Made by a program: the position numbers and the translations under genes. Below are positions 11,600-23,437 of a stretch of DNA of 64,000 nucleotides, in pieces; within the stretch, counting starts at the first letter, position 1, and each line of letters starts with the position of its first letter. The notes below the pieces were generated by a model. The model was not told the origin of the DNA, searched no databases, and saw only the letters and a list, made by a program, of their open reading frames with translations. The DNA comes from Octopus bimaculoides. Taxonomy: Eukaryota. The stretch lies in contig NC_068998.1 in the NCBI RefSeq assembly GCF_001194135.2, positions 22,894,979 to 22,958,978 of the forward strand. The letters are read 5' to 3'.

Positions 11600-13019
11600 C
11601 GCGAGTACCGATACAATAAATGTTTATATATTTCGTCCAAAGATTATAGTTATTTTTATTATATCTATCCTACATTATATATGAACAACTTGATGCAACC
11701 CCGTAAACCTGGGTCACTAGTCACATTTATTAGACGGTGGCGGGCTTAATAGAATAGGAGCTTTTTGTGTATATTCAAATCGTCTATTATAAACAAATTT
11801 TATATATCTATATATTTCATTTAATTCATTGTTCTGTTATTCCATCACAGAATAATACAGAATGGGTCAAGAACACAAAACGTCCAGACAGTTTGGTGAT
11901 ACAAGGAAGGGTCAAAACATCCTGATAGACGATACAAAGAAAACATGGACAGGTCATTCTGAGTTTTCTCGATTATAGTTTTTATTCAGTTCATGTACGC
12001 TAAAATAATTTTGAAATTTGATATTCCTGTTCTTAGTTTAATTTAGTTTAAGGAATGATATGTTCTAATAATCCCTCTATTAATTTTTCCATTGTACTAT
12101 TGCTGGAACCCATTCTGAAAGTTTTTCTGCTGTTTGATATAATCTCAACATTCACTTTACAAATGTAATCGGACTTCTTCTGCAGCATTTTACTATTGAA
12201 AATAATACATCACGTACCCAGCAATTGTTATATAGTCGATTAGTCAAGAAAAGCAATAACAAAAGTGTCATCACTGTATTGTGTCTTCTTATTGGTTCAT
12301 GAATATTAATGAAACAAATACAAACAAGTAATTCATTTTTATATGACACTGTGGAATTACAAAGTAGAAAGAAATAGCACAAACACATGTCATACGTGAT
12401 CTAGCATTTCCATTGTGAATGTATTATTCAGGTAAGAGAATGAAAATTGCATTGGTTCCATTTAATGCTTACTTGGTGTTCAACTACGGAAATTATATTT
12501 GTACATACACGTAGAGCACTAAAACTGATAGAATCTCTTGTATAATTGGTTAAGGGTATTGCGGTAATAATTCCATTGGCTACTTAGAATTTGTGTAAAG
12601 AATATATCATTTGATTTCTAGTGTAGGGAAAAAGAACAAAATAAAACTGTGGACAATTCATGTTTTCATCAAATTTGACTTCAGATGATTGTAGTTTTCT
12701 TTTGCACAAAATCTTTAAATTTACCATTTTAGTGTATATAATGGTCCATTATTTGTTTTCCTGCATCGAACAGCATTTCTCTCGAATTTCATTTCTTTTT
12801 CGCTTCTGAAACTATGTTTACCTACCATGCATACTGCCATGAATTTTTTGGGGCTAATGAAAGCCAACAAGCTTAGACAATATTGAAAGACAGGGTAAAC
12901 GGATTATAAGTTAATTTTCTATCCTTTGTTATTTTTGTTTAGTGAGACATTCTACGTGAATGATCAAATTCTTATACGTGCGGCCACTTCTGTTGATTTA
13001 CACACACACATATGTATGA

Positions 13020-13300
13020 GAGTGCAATGCTTAGTGGTTAGGGGGCTGGACTTACGATCGCGAGATCGTGGTTTCAATTCCTAGGCCAGGTGGTGCATTG
13101 TGTTCTTGAGCAAAACACATAATTTCAGGTTGCTCTGTAATCACTTCGAAACCTGACCTGTGGCACGGAGTACACGTGTTGAGAAAATGTCTACTTTTAC
13201 AGAGAGCAACTTGATGTGCAGTACGAACATTTCATCATTAAAAACAATCAATTTGTGCAGGCTGTTTTGCAAAATGTTGGACGCCCGTTCGTCGTTTTCG
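13020..13300 (+). mobile_element. tRNA-derived SINE (second family)
   Basis: tRNA-like head with A box (tgcttagtggttag) and B box (ggtttcaattcc), then a conserved-domain-like ttgtgttcttgagcaaaacac and a non-tRNA body ending at (TA)n and the gap. Confidence 0.7.
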
Positions 13301-16300
13301 TATATANNNNNNNNNNNNNNNNNNNNNNNNNNNNNNNNNNNNNNNNNNNNNNNNNNNNNNNNNNNNNNNNNNNNNNNNNNNNNNNNNNNNNNNNNNNNNN
13401 NNNNNNNNNNNNNNNNNNNNNNNNNNNNNNNNNNNNNNNNNNNNTGGGACAGGTTTAATTTGTGTACACAAATTTAATTTGAGGTCCATGGGAAGAGCCA
13501 TTTTAACGATACGTCCTGCCCAATTCTTCGAAACGCCGTTGTTAAAATGGGGGTAGGTGATGAAGGAAAATGTTCTCTATGTTGCTTGTGTGTTTTCTGT
13601 ACTCTGGCTATTATTATTTTCTTGTCTACATTATGTTTGCAACGTCCTGTACTCAGATATGCACCTATATATACAGGTAGACGTACGTATGCACATACTT
13701 GTACGTATATATGCATATACCCATTTATTATTTGCTTTACATGATCGAACGCCTGCGTCATCCCTGTTGTAAGTAGTTTTTTCAACCTTATATTTTCTGA
13801 CGCGACTCTATCTCTTTCTCTATCACTTTTCCCCCTCTCGTTCTTCCTCTGTTACTACTACGTATCTCTCTTTACCCCTTCCCGTTCTTCCTTCTGTTAC
13901 TACTATATCTCTCTCTTTCCCCTCTCGTTCTTCCTTCTGTCACTACTATATTTCTCTCTTCCTCTCTTTCTCTCCTTGCACACCTATTCTTCTACTTCCT
14001 CCCCTTGTTTCTCCCTCTACCACTCTCTCTCTTCCGTACCTCTCCCTGGTCACATGCTTCTGGTCACTAATGCTTTTCTTCCTTGGCTATCGCTGAGCAA
14101 ACACGCGAACTTACTTCGTCCCTGCTTTCAGTTCGTGCCTCACAGCGTTCATATACACATAATGTTTCACGTCTGGCCGCATCGCCTTTTCCGTTTGTTT
14201 TCCTGTCTTGTTTTTTGTCCGCCACTACATTCCTCCTTGGCACAGGTTTAATTTGTGTATACAANNNNNNNNNNNNNNNNNNNNNNNNNNNNNNNNNNNN
14301 NNNNNNNNNNNNNNNNNNNNNNNNNNNNNNNNNNNNNNNNNNNNNNNNNNNNNNNNNNNNNNNNNNNNNNNNNNNNNNNNNNNNNNNNNNNNNNNNNNNN
14401 NNNNNNNNNNNNNNNNNNNNNNNNNNNNNNNNNNNNNNNNNNNNNNNNNNNNNNNNNNNNNNNNNNNNNNNNNNNNNNNNNNNNNNNNNNNNNNNNNNNN
14501 NNNNNNNNNNNNNATATATATATATATATATATATATAGCTTATCTTGATCTGAATTTTCGTTTCATCCTTCTTTCCGCATCATGCCTTGCTGCTCATTA
14601 AGAGGTTGTGCCTTCTGTCTTATGTCATACTTTCATGGTTTATTTTCTTAAGGGCGGCTCTTTATATATATTTTTTTCTGACTAATATACTCTCAGTATT
14701 TATTGTAATTAACATTGAGACGTTTTATATATAATTTTGGATTACAGCAATTCGTGCCCACGTATTAATTAGTATCTTGTTTATGTAAAAACCTTCCTCC
14801 TTAGAATATACATGCCCTTTCATTTTCCAGATATAATATATATGTATTATTTTGTATGAAGCACTGTCTCAAGGAATAGGCTTTGTTATTACGAAGGAAG
14901 GCAACATTTAGGAGATGTAGAGGTAAAGATTGTTTTCTTCATACTGAAGATCAGAAGAGTCTTCAAATTGTGGAAAATATTATTTGAGGCTTTATTCTTA
15001 ATACGTCTTTAATTTGACTTCTATAATTTATCAATGTACTTAATACATTCCATAGAAACACGTATTTGTTGGAAATGTTATTAGTTTCACTCGTTTTGGT
15101 ACCTCACTCCGTATTACAGTTATGGAATAATTTTCTCTATCCCTGCGATGATTTGAACCTGCATCTATGTCTTCTAACAACATTGTTAAAGTCTAGTATA
15201 TGTGGTAGACTAACTTTCGAATGAATTATGTTTCTTGTCATTGTTTGAACATTATAAGTGAGGAATTTTTAAAAAGGACGGCCACGTTTAAAATGGCAAT
15301 GTGGTAATAATAACTATAGACAGATAAAATAAAATGCAGTTCGACTTCTAAATCAGTATGATGTTTATGAATTCAATCTCTTCTCTGTATAATTAAACGC
15401 GTATAATCTATGCGATGAAAGACTTTGAAGTCAAAAACTATGACAGTCAATGATGTAAAACGAAAACAGTGTGTAATATCAGTTAATATTACTTAGGTGT
15501 AATAATTACTATTAAACTATTTTCGAGGCTTTTCAAAATATAAATATTGACTTCAGATTAGAAAAAAAACAAAAGCTTTAATTAACTAAATTGCTTATTT
15601 ATGTATTGACAGTATATGAATGTAACCACTAGGTATATCTTGGCGTAACAATCAAATAAGATAATGATATGATACTTGAATAAAATATTTTTCACTTTGC
15701 ATCATCGTCATATGAACGACTTTCGTTTAAAGAACATGCATAAAATTCACATTCACTCGTTTCAGAACTGCAAGGCATATATTCTACCAAGGCATATATT
15801 CTACCTATCAAGGCCTATTAAGAGAACAGTAAATTTACGGCTTTATAGAAGATAATTCTATTGCTGGAAATAAATACTTTATGTATAGCGGCACCGGTCT
15901 AATCTCGTAGGATAGTAAATATAGAAAGTGATGAGATTGGATTTAACTATCACTGCCGTAAATGGTTGTAAATATAACGGCGTGAGTGGTGTTGTAAACG
16001 TTAGAGTAATTACGAGAATGCAGGGGGAATGTATTCGTGGTGGTAAACAATAGTATAGACCGGGAACGAAATCTGATTTCACAAACAATGGTGGGCACAA
16101 GCAACTGAAAATGATTATTCGTCTGTTCTGTAGCAGGTTTATCAAGTTCACACTACAGTAGTAGTAAGATTACTCTAATGGATAGGTAGCTCAAAGCTAT
16201 AAGCGACTATCACAGAAATGATAATCCGAGCGTTAATGTATATGAAAGAACACCACCAGATATTTGCCAGATTTTGAAACATGCAGTCCTAAAATGATAA

Positions 16301-18543
16301 ATCCAAGGCTATATATTTAAATTAAAAGCATGAATCATATTGAAATTAATTCCCGACTTGTATGTAAAAATCTCTGTAAACAATGGATAAAAGTAAGGAA
16401 AGCTGAGTGTGAAACTGTTAATTAAGAGTGGTTTCAAAAGAAGCAGATGCAGGAATCGGTCTCCACTTCAGGGATGTATTTTCTGCGATATCTTAATATC
16501 CTACCGAGAAAAGGATTTACTTCTAATGAGTTTAACAATCCCTAAATCCTTGATGTTCTGCTGTAGCTCTAGTAGATAATGATTGACCAAGCCTATAAGA
16601 AAACATTATTGAAATGTTAATAGTATTGTGTTTTGTTGCTTTAATATAGACAATATTATGATATATCCGTCAGTTGAGGAACAAGAATTTGACATTTTTA
16701 TAGAATATGTTTTAAATCGTATATTAGGTTTCTTAACGTTTAGATAGTAAAAAATATGCTTGCCGGTATTATTTTTGTCTCAAATTTTGCTTGAAGCTAC
16801 GAATGCATTTTGTAATTGTATACAACCATGACATCTGAAATATCCCACAAGTTTAAGGCTTTATTATAGTATATGGAAAATGAAATGAAAATATACACCT
16901 TGACATTGGATAGTTACCAAATAAGAATCATAAAATATGGCAGTAAGAAATCTTTAAGTAAGAAATCTTTTAGAAAGAGACTCCTCATGACATGCATCAT
17001 AAAAAGTCTACATTGAAATATGAATGATTTGTGTATTTGTTCTTTACACGTGTAGACAACTCCAGACACAAAACTGGGCACTATAGTGTATGTTTTTAAA
17101 ACTACTTCTTACCACATCAATGTGTTGAACACACACATCTTTCAGATATGTGACATTCTGGGACACAAATGTTTCAGCATGTGTCTCATCAGTCAGAAGC
17201 AGCCAGAACTGAGAGATTAGCCAAAACCACTGACTTTTTTCATGCTTTCAGCAAAAAAATGTTCTGCTGATCAGTGCATTCTTCTATCGGTTAGGAGACA
17301 AGAACTCCTATCAGCATAACATGTCGAAATTAATTTATTCCAGAATGCTGCGGCAACAGCGAGATATGTGTGTTTAACACACAGTTGTAAAAGTGAAAAC
17401 CTATTTCCATGAACATACTCAACAGCTCTCAACACATGTAGCGTCTGAAAATGCTTAGACGTGTTCAAAATAAATAACCATACCATAATTCTATATTCGC
17501 TGTTCAAAGTACATACGAGGACGTTTTTACTTTAAAACATATTGTCACTCAAGTGTTTTGAGAATGCAAAATTTATTATGAACATATACACAGTAGAATA
17601 AAACAATTGGTAATTTAAAATACATTAAAATAAGCCGGAGGTTAATATTTTTTCTCACCGATGTCTTCAGAAATGAATTATAGATATACTTATTTTCAAC
17701 ATCACCTGGTCAAGCGACTGTTGAATGTAAATACAAATAGTTTATGTCGTGTAATTTGGAGAAAATATGTCAAAGAATACACACAGAAACACACACGTAT
17801 ACACATGTATACACACATACACTCGCATGCACACACGTAAACACGCAGGCACACTCTCAAAGTTATATATATCATATTGATTTTATACCTAATCAATTAA
17901 ATCTAATTTGAAATCTAAGTTAATCTCTTCTTGACTGATGCTATCTTTTCGTGGTCCTCAAATTTGAAAGGCAGATTCATCCTCAAAATGAAGAAAATGG
18001 CACTTGTCAGTTAGTCATTTGATTTATTTATAGTGTCAAATATCCTTCAAGATGCAACATATTATTTTTACGAAAAGACAAACATCAATCAAAAACTGGC
18101 ATATTTTCTATTGATACGAAAGGATGTCAAGCAAAGTCAACATTGAATGGGATGTTAGCTCAGGATTTAATGAGACGTTCAGTATTGTGGAGTAGTTTTC
18201 CTGTTGCTCTATAGTTTCATTCCACTGAGCTGATTATGTGCATGCACATTCAGAGTGTTTGGCAGTGTATTGGGAAGAGAAGAAACCTGGAAACAATACC
18301 CGAAAATGAATATCAAGCAATGATAAGGATAAATACAATTTGAGTATTGGCGTATGTATACTGATGGCGAAAGCGACTATAAAATATTGTGCAATCAGCA
18401 AACACATTTACATGTCCCGGGCAAAATCAAAATAATCAGTGTCTTCATTTTAACTTCGTAGCAAAATCTACAACTGGATTCAAATTACATTCACGCATAC
18501 CACACATATGTACGTAGCTTCAATTATTTTTTAAGCTATATAG

Positions 18544-18585
<42 letters not shown>

Positions 18586-19214
18586 AGCGACATTCAGACG
18601 ATAAGTTGCCAAGGAACTGTCATTCGAATGCACTTGTAATTACAGTACATAAATTAAAGAAAAGGAAGCAACCATTTTCAGAGCGGCAATTCAACGGGAT
18701 CCATTTAACAACGAAATGCGATACGAGCAGTTACTTTCTCGTTTGTAAAATTACGTAATACGCAAATGAAGCATAAGGTTCGAGATATCTTAAAGAGATT
18801 CAATTACCATTAGACATGAACAACAATATTGCTCTAGAGTAAAATCAAATTGTATAATAGCAAACTCTAAATTGGATTGTAGAGCAGGAAGGATCTTTAA
18901 TAACAATGATATTACCAGCTAACATAAGGGAGTTGCTGAAAAAAATGAGCCTGCAATATGCCAATTATATATAACGAGGCGACGAAAAGGATATATGATA
19001 TTGACCATAGTCATTAAGATTTTAAATCTATATGAAATAATTTGAAGGTATAAACTGAGCAGTGAATGACTAAAATTCAGCAGTTGAGTTGTAACTTCAT
19101 TAGAACTATATTCAAATTTCAGTAGATTTTATTAAAAAGTTACTATAATGAACGAATTTCAGTAAAAATTTATAACATTGTAGCTAAAGATTAATAAATT
19201 AATAATAACAATAG

Positions 19215-19216
19215 CA

Positions 19217-19298
<82 letters not shown>

Positions 19299-19325
19299 GT
19301 AGAAGAAGAAGAAGAAGAAGAATAG
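19215..19325. repeat. (AAT)n then (AGA)n microsatellite
   Basis: Read directly; it abuts the 5' truncation of the next element. Confidence 0.95.
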
Positions 19326-19899
19326 AAGCACAAAAAAGAATACAAGCATCACCACAATAAAATGTGTGTGTCTTTATAGGCACCAGTATGAAGTAACAGA
19401 GTGCTGGTATGAGCATGCACCAAGTAAACTTATCCAGGAGGATGGAGACATAATAATACTCTGGGACTATGATTTCCAGACGGATAGTGTAATAGAAGAC
19501 GTCGGCCGGATGTTATCATATTGAATAAGAGATACAAATACTGTCAGATCATTGATGTAGCCATACTAAATGGCATGAATGTTGTGAGTAGAGTGTGTGA
19601 AAAACTCTCCAAGTACACCGAATTGAAAGTGGAAATGGCAAGACTGTATGCAATGCGAAAGGGTTATGTAAAAGTGATACCAGTGATGATCGAAGCGTTG
19701 GGCTCAATCCTATTGAAACTTCAAGTCACCTTAAGACAACTGGAAATCCCATGCAAGACTGATGTCTTGCAAAAAGCAGCCTTATTGAGCACGGCGCACA
19801 TCTTAAGGAAAGTGCTGTCTGTCTGACGTCCTTGTTATGACTTGACAGATGACTGAATGTTCTGGTGCATGTTTACCTACACTGGGTTACGAAGATGTG
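19326..19899 (+). mobile_element. 5'-truncated R4/Dong-type non-LTR retrotransposon (restriction-like endonuclease domain plus 3' UTR)
   Basis: Frameshifted WYEHAPSK...ILWDYDFQTDSVIE.RRPDVIILNKRYKYCQIIDVAI...EKLSKYTELKVEM...VIPVMIEALG...LQKAALLSTAHILRKVLSV* contains the PD...D...K RLE motif (ORF 19521-19826). (AAT)n on both sides. Confidence 0.9.
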
Positions 19900-19905
19900 A
19901 TAATA

Positions 19906-19961
<56 letters not shown>

Positions 19962-20031
19962 TACAAAAAGAAGAAGAAAAAGAACAGGAACAACAACAAC
20001 AACAACAAAAACAACAATAATGATAATAATG

Positions 20032-20071
<40 letters not shown>

Positions 20072-20095
20072 TAATAATAATAATAATAATAATAA
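19900..20095. repeat. (AAT)n/(AAG)n/(AAC)n compound microsatellite
   Basis: Read directly. Confidence 0.95.
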
Positions 20096-20649
20096 GCCCT
20101 GATGCAGTACCAGGCAGTGGCTCTCATGGCTTCTGATCTTAATTGATTGGATGTATTATCATGTACGTTGTTTTGTCTTGGTATAAAAGATGGGCTACAC
20201 CAAATATTCTGCTTAATACCACAGATTTGCTTGTCAGTTGTTTGACCTTAACCAGTTGAGCTTGTCCCTTGGTGGCTGACGATATGTGCATCTCCGATCA
20301 CGAGCGGAAGTAGTGGGGGTGCATCATAGCCATGTGTTGAGAGGATATCTTTGGGGTTTGAATAATTCACCTTTGGATACACGGGTGTTTTGCTCAACAT
20401 CCTTAAACAAGCCTTATTCAGGGACCTTTTGAGCGGGATGGGCTACTCGACCTGAAAGAAATTCTGACTGGGCCCCACCTGCGAGGTCATGCGCTGTTTA
20501 TCTTGATACGAGATCACCATGTCGCGCAGATATGGTTGTGATGCATGTGCCTAGTGTAACCTTATCAGACGGGTAGTCATGATGGATATATTGGGCTTCA
20601 TATATTTTACCCCAGTGTCACTTTGCTGGCATTCACTGCTCTCTCACTC
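20096..20649. mobile_element. 554-bp ORF-less interspersed element embedded in (AAT)n
   Basis: Complex sequence from gccctgatgcagtacc to ctctctcactc with sharp boundaries against AAT runs on both sides. No ORF, TIR or tRNA head seen. I recall it as an abundant octopus repeat but have not verified this. Confidence 0.6.
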
Positions 20650-20663
20650 AATAATAATAATAA

Positions 20664-20708
<45 letters not shown>

Positions 20709-20989
20709 GAATAATAATGTTGATACAAATGTTACGGCAAAACAGTCAGCCATCTCTTATATATGGANNNNNNNNNNNNNNNNNNNNNNNNNNNNNNNNN
20801 NNNNNNNNNNNNNNNNNNNNNNNNNNNNNNNNNNNNNNNNNNNNNNNNNNNNNNNNNNNNNNNNNNNNNNNNNNNNNNNNNNNNNNNNNNNNNNNNNNNN
20901 NNNNNNNNNNNNNNNNNNNNNNNNNNNNNNNNNNNNNNNNNNNNNNNNNNNNNNNNNNNNNNNNNNNNNNNNNNNNNNNNNNNNNNNNA

Positions 20990-22317
20990 TATTATAGACA
21001 AGTTAGATTAATACTGAATATAGAGCTCAATGCGAAAAACAAGATGATATGTATCGATACTCCCAGTTACAAGTTACAACTACAATGTCCTTAACTGGAC
21101 ACGAAAAGAACTAATCGAAATAAACAGGGAAACAAGACACATAATGACAGAATTTATGATGCACCACCCAAAATCTGACATAGAAAGGTTATATATACAA
21201 AGTATAGAAGATGGTAGAAGCCTTATACAGCTAGAAAACTATTGCAAAATTATCCACCATAGGACGTCAGATATACCTACTTCAGAAGCAAGGAAACTCA
21301 TACAAGTCACCACAAAACACGTACAAAACAAACAAAAAAAAACTGTTTTCAGCCTTTAAGGAAGCTGACAAGCACAAAAAGAAGTCATAGTACCTAACAA
21401 CTAAGAACAACAATAAGAATCAACAAAAGCTGTAAAACAACTGAAATCTAAACTAAAACTGGGAGAGCAACGGATCAAGATAAAACGATGGAAAGAAAAG
21501 CCCCTTAATGGTAAATACAGGGTTACAATAAACGCAAAAGAAATAGACAAAGCAAAATCCAAACTATGGCTGAAGAGCTCAGGTCTCAAAGCAGAGAATG
21601 AAGGATTTTTAATTGCAGCACAAGATCAAAACTTCCCCTCCAGAAATTACCACAAATATACAATGAGAAGAAACATAAGTAGCTGCAGAATATGCGGAGA
21701 TGGAGAAGAAACAATAAACTATATTGTCTCTGGCTGCCCAGTCCTGGCTTAGAAGGAATATTTTCACAGACATGACAGAGTTGGAACCTATATAGAGTGG
21801 AAGCTATGCCAACATTATGGAATACCAACAGAAAGAAGAGGGTATAGGCGCGCCAAAAAGGGTCACAGAAAATGAGAAGGGTACGATACTATGCGATATG
21901 CCAATACTCACAGACAGAAAGGTTGCGACCAAGAATCCGGATATAGTGGTCAAAAACCATCAAGAAAAATATTGCTTTCTAATCGGTGTATCAATACTAA
22001 TAGATGACAACGTTTCGCTAAAAGAAATGGAGAATATTTTAAAATACAAAGACCTGGAAACTCCAATGTGACGTTTTAAAGCAGAAACGTATCATAATAG
22101 GCGCATTAAGTATGTTAAAAAAAATATTCAGAGGAATACATAAAAAAATCACCAGAGCTAACTCATATACATATATAACATACTGAAAATAGCACTACAA
22201 AGCAACGCACACATCGTACGTAAAACGCTTTCAATAGAGTAACAAGAGAATCACAACAAACCACAGAGTTGCGCTCGGTAGTGCAGTGAAAGCACGTGAT
22301 AACAAATAAGACTGCTG
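20990..22317 (+). mobile_element. R4/Dong-type non-LTR retrotransposon, RT C-terminus plus zinc knuckle plus RLE plus 3' UTR, decayed
   Basis: LNIELNAKNKM..., MHHPKSDIERLYI, WLKSSGLKAENEGFLIAAQDQ, CRICGDGEETINYIVSGC (CCHC with H to Y), HDRVGTYIEWKLC, ILCDMPILTDRK...NPDIVVKN...LIGVSI...KYKDLE. The 3' UTR gcgctcggtagtgcagtgaaagcacg is shared with the copy ending at 56187. Confidence 0.95.
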
Positions 22318-22336
22318 AATTACAATAATAATAATA

Positions 22337-22379
<43 letters not shown>

Positions 22380-22440
22380 CGATGATGATGATTACGATGA
22401 TGATGATGATGATGACGACGACGATGATGATGATGACAAC
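22318..22440. repeat. (AAT)n grading into (GAT)n/(GAC)n
   Basis: Read directly; it forms the tail of the preceding element. Confidence 0.9.
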
Positions 22441-22599
22441 AGCACTCAGACAACGCAAGCCTCTGCCAAGGCAACACCAACGTCCTTTCAACGATTAGCC
22501 AGAGATGACTTAAAATAAGAATATTTGAAATAAACTCGACTGTTTCACTAACGAGAATATTAGAAATGAACCCTGCCGCCCTCAAAAGTTAAGTAAAAG

Positions 22600-22800
22600 A
22601 AATAGGGAAAATAATCCAGAATCCTTGTCCCGTATCGAATCGATGCCAAAATGTAACCAGTTCGTGCCAATGACGAGGCCAAATATCTCTGAATGTTTCA
22701 TCCGAATCTATCCAGCGCTTCTTGAGATATCTTGTCAAAGGTCAACCAAACAAGCACGACTGAAAACAGTACCACTGCATTCGCTATGGCGGAGGTAATA
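22600..22800 (+). mobile_element. Short non-autonomous repeat ending in a GC-rich hairpin (possible Helentron/HINE type)
   Basis: Ends in an imperfect palindrome accactgcat-tcgct-atggcggaggt followed by aataa, preceded by gtttcatccgaatc...cttgagatatcttgtc and aaac repeats. The class assignment is an inference. Confidence 0.4.
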
Positions 22801-23135
22801 AGAGAAAGAACATGTATAATAATAGACATAGCATGCCCCGGTGACAATAGGATCGGTGTGACAGAAAATAAAAATGTACAACTATGAGGATTTGAAGTGG
22901 GAAATACGAAGGTTGTGGTCAATGAAGAGAGAAGACGTGATAGCAATAGTAGTTGGTGCACTTGGAAATGTCAGCGCTCAACTGCCATCATGGCTGAAAA
23001 AGAACGGGGCAAGCGTGACGGTAGATAACCTATAAAAATCAGCATTGCTTGGAACTGCAAGATTTCTTCACAGGGTTCTTGAAGCATGACCATTAATCGA
23101 GTGTCACCTTAGCAAAATAAGTTCTGGGTTTTCAT
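22800..23135 (+). mobile_element. 5'-truncated R4/Dong-type RLE fragment (third lineage)
   Basis: RTCIIIDIACPGDNRIG...YEDLKWEIRRLWSMK...AIVVGALGNV...KSALLGTARFLHRVLEA* (stop at 23087-23089), then a short UTR and an (AAC)n/(AAT)n tail. Confidence 0.85.
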
Positions 23136-23307
23136 AAGGTAATAACAACAACAACAACAACAGCAATAACAATAATAATAATAATTATTATTATTGTTAT
23201 TATTACTATTATTATCGTTATCATTATTATTTTTTATTATTCATTTAGTTTGATATTGAGAGTACTTGACTGAAATTAGATCGCGCCGGTTCCGCAGAGC
23301 TCTTTTT

Positions 23308-23437
23308 ATATTTCTTTATTGTCCACAGGGGACTAAACATAGAGGAGGCAGACAAATGGATTAAGTCGATTACATCGACCCCAGTGTGTGACTGGTACTT
23401 ATTTAATCGACCACGCGCCCAGCGTGCTAACGATTCT
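23308..23437 (-). mobile_element. Nin/Deu-domain SINE with internal deletion
   Basis: ttctttattgtccacagggg...gtcgattacatcgacccc...ttatttaatcgacc joins directly to cgcccagcgtgctaacgattctg. About 90 nt present in the 45716 copy are missing. Confidence 0.85.

Noticed and set aside
13020-13095. tRNA-like A/B boxes here and at SINE heads (10818, 45948)
   Set aside because: No complete cloverleaf, and each continues into a SINE body; not tRNA genes.
17100-17520. Cys/His-rich minus-strand end (CVPECHISERCVCSTH*) suggesting a piggyBac or hAT C-terminus
   Set aside because: No catalytic motifs or termini could be aligned with confidence; left unclassified.
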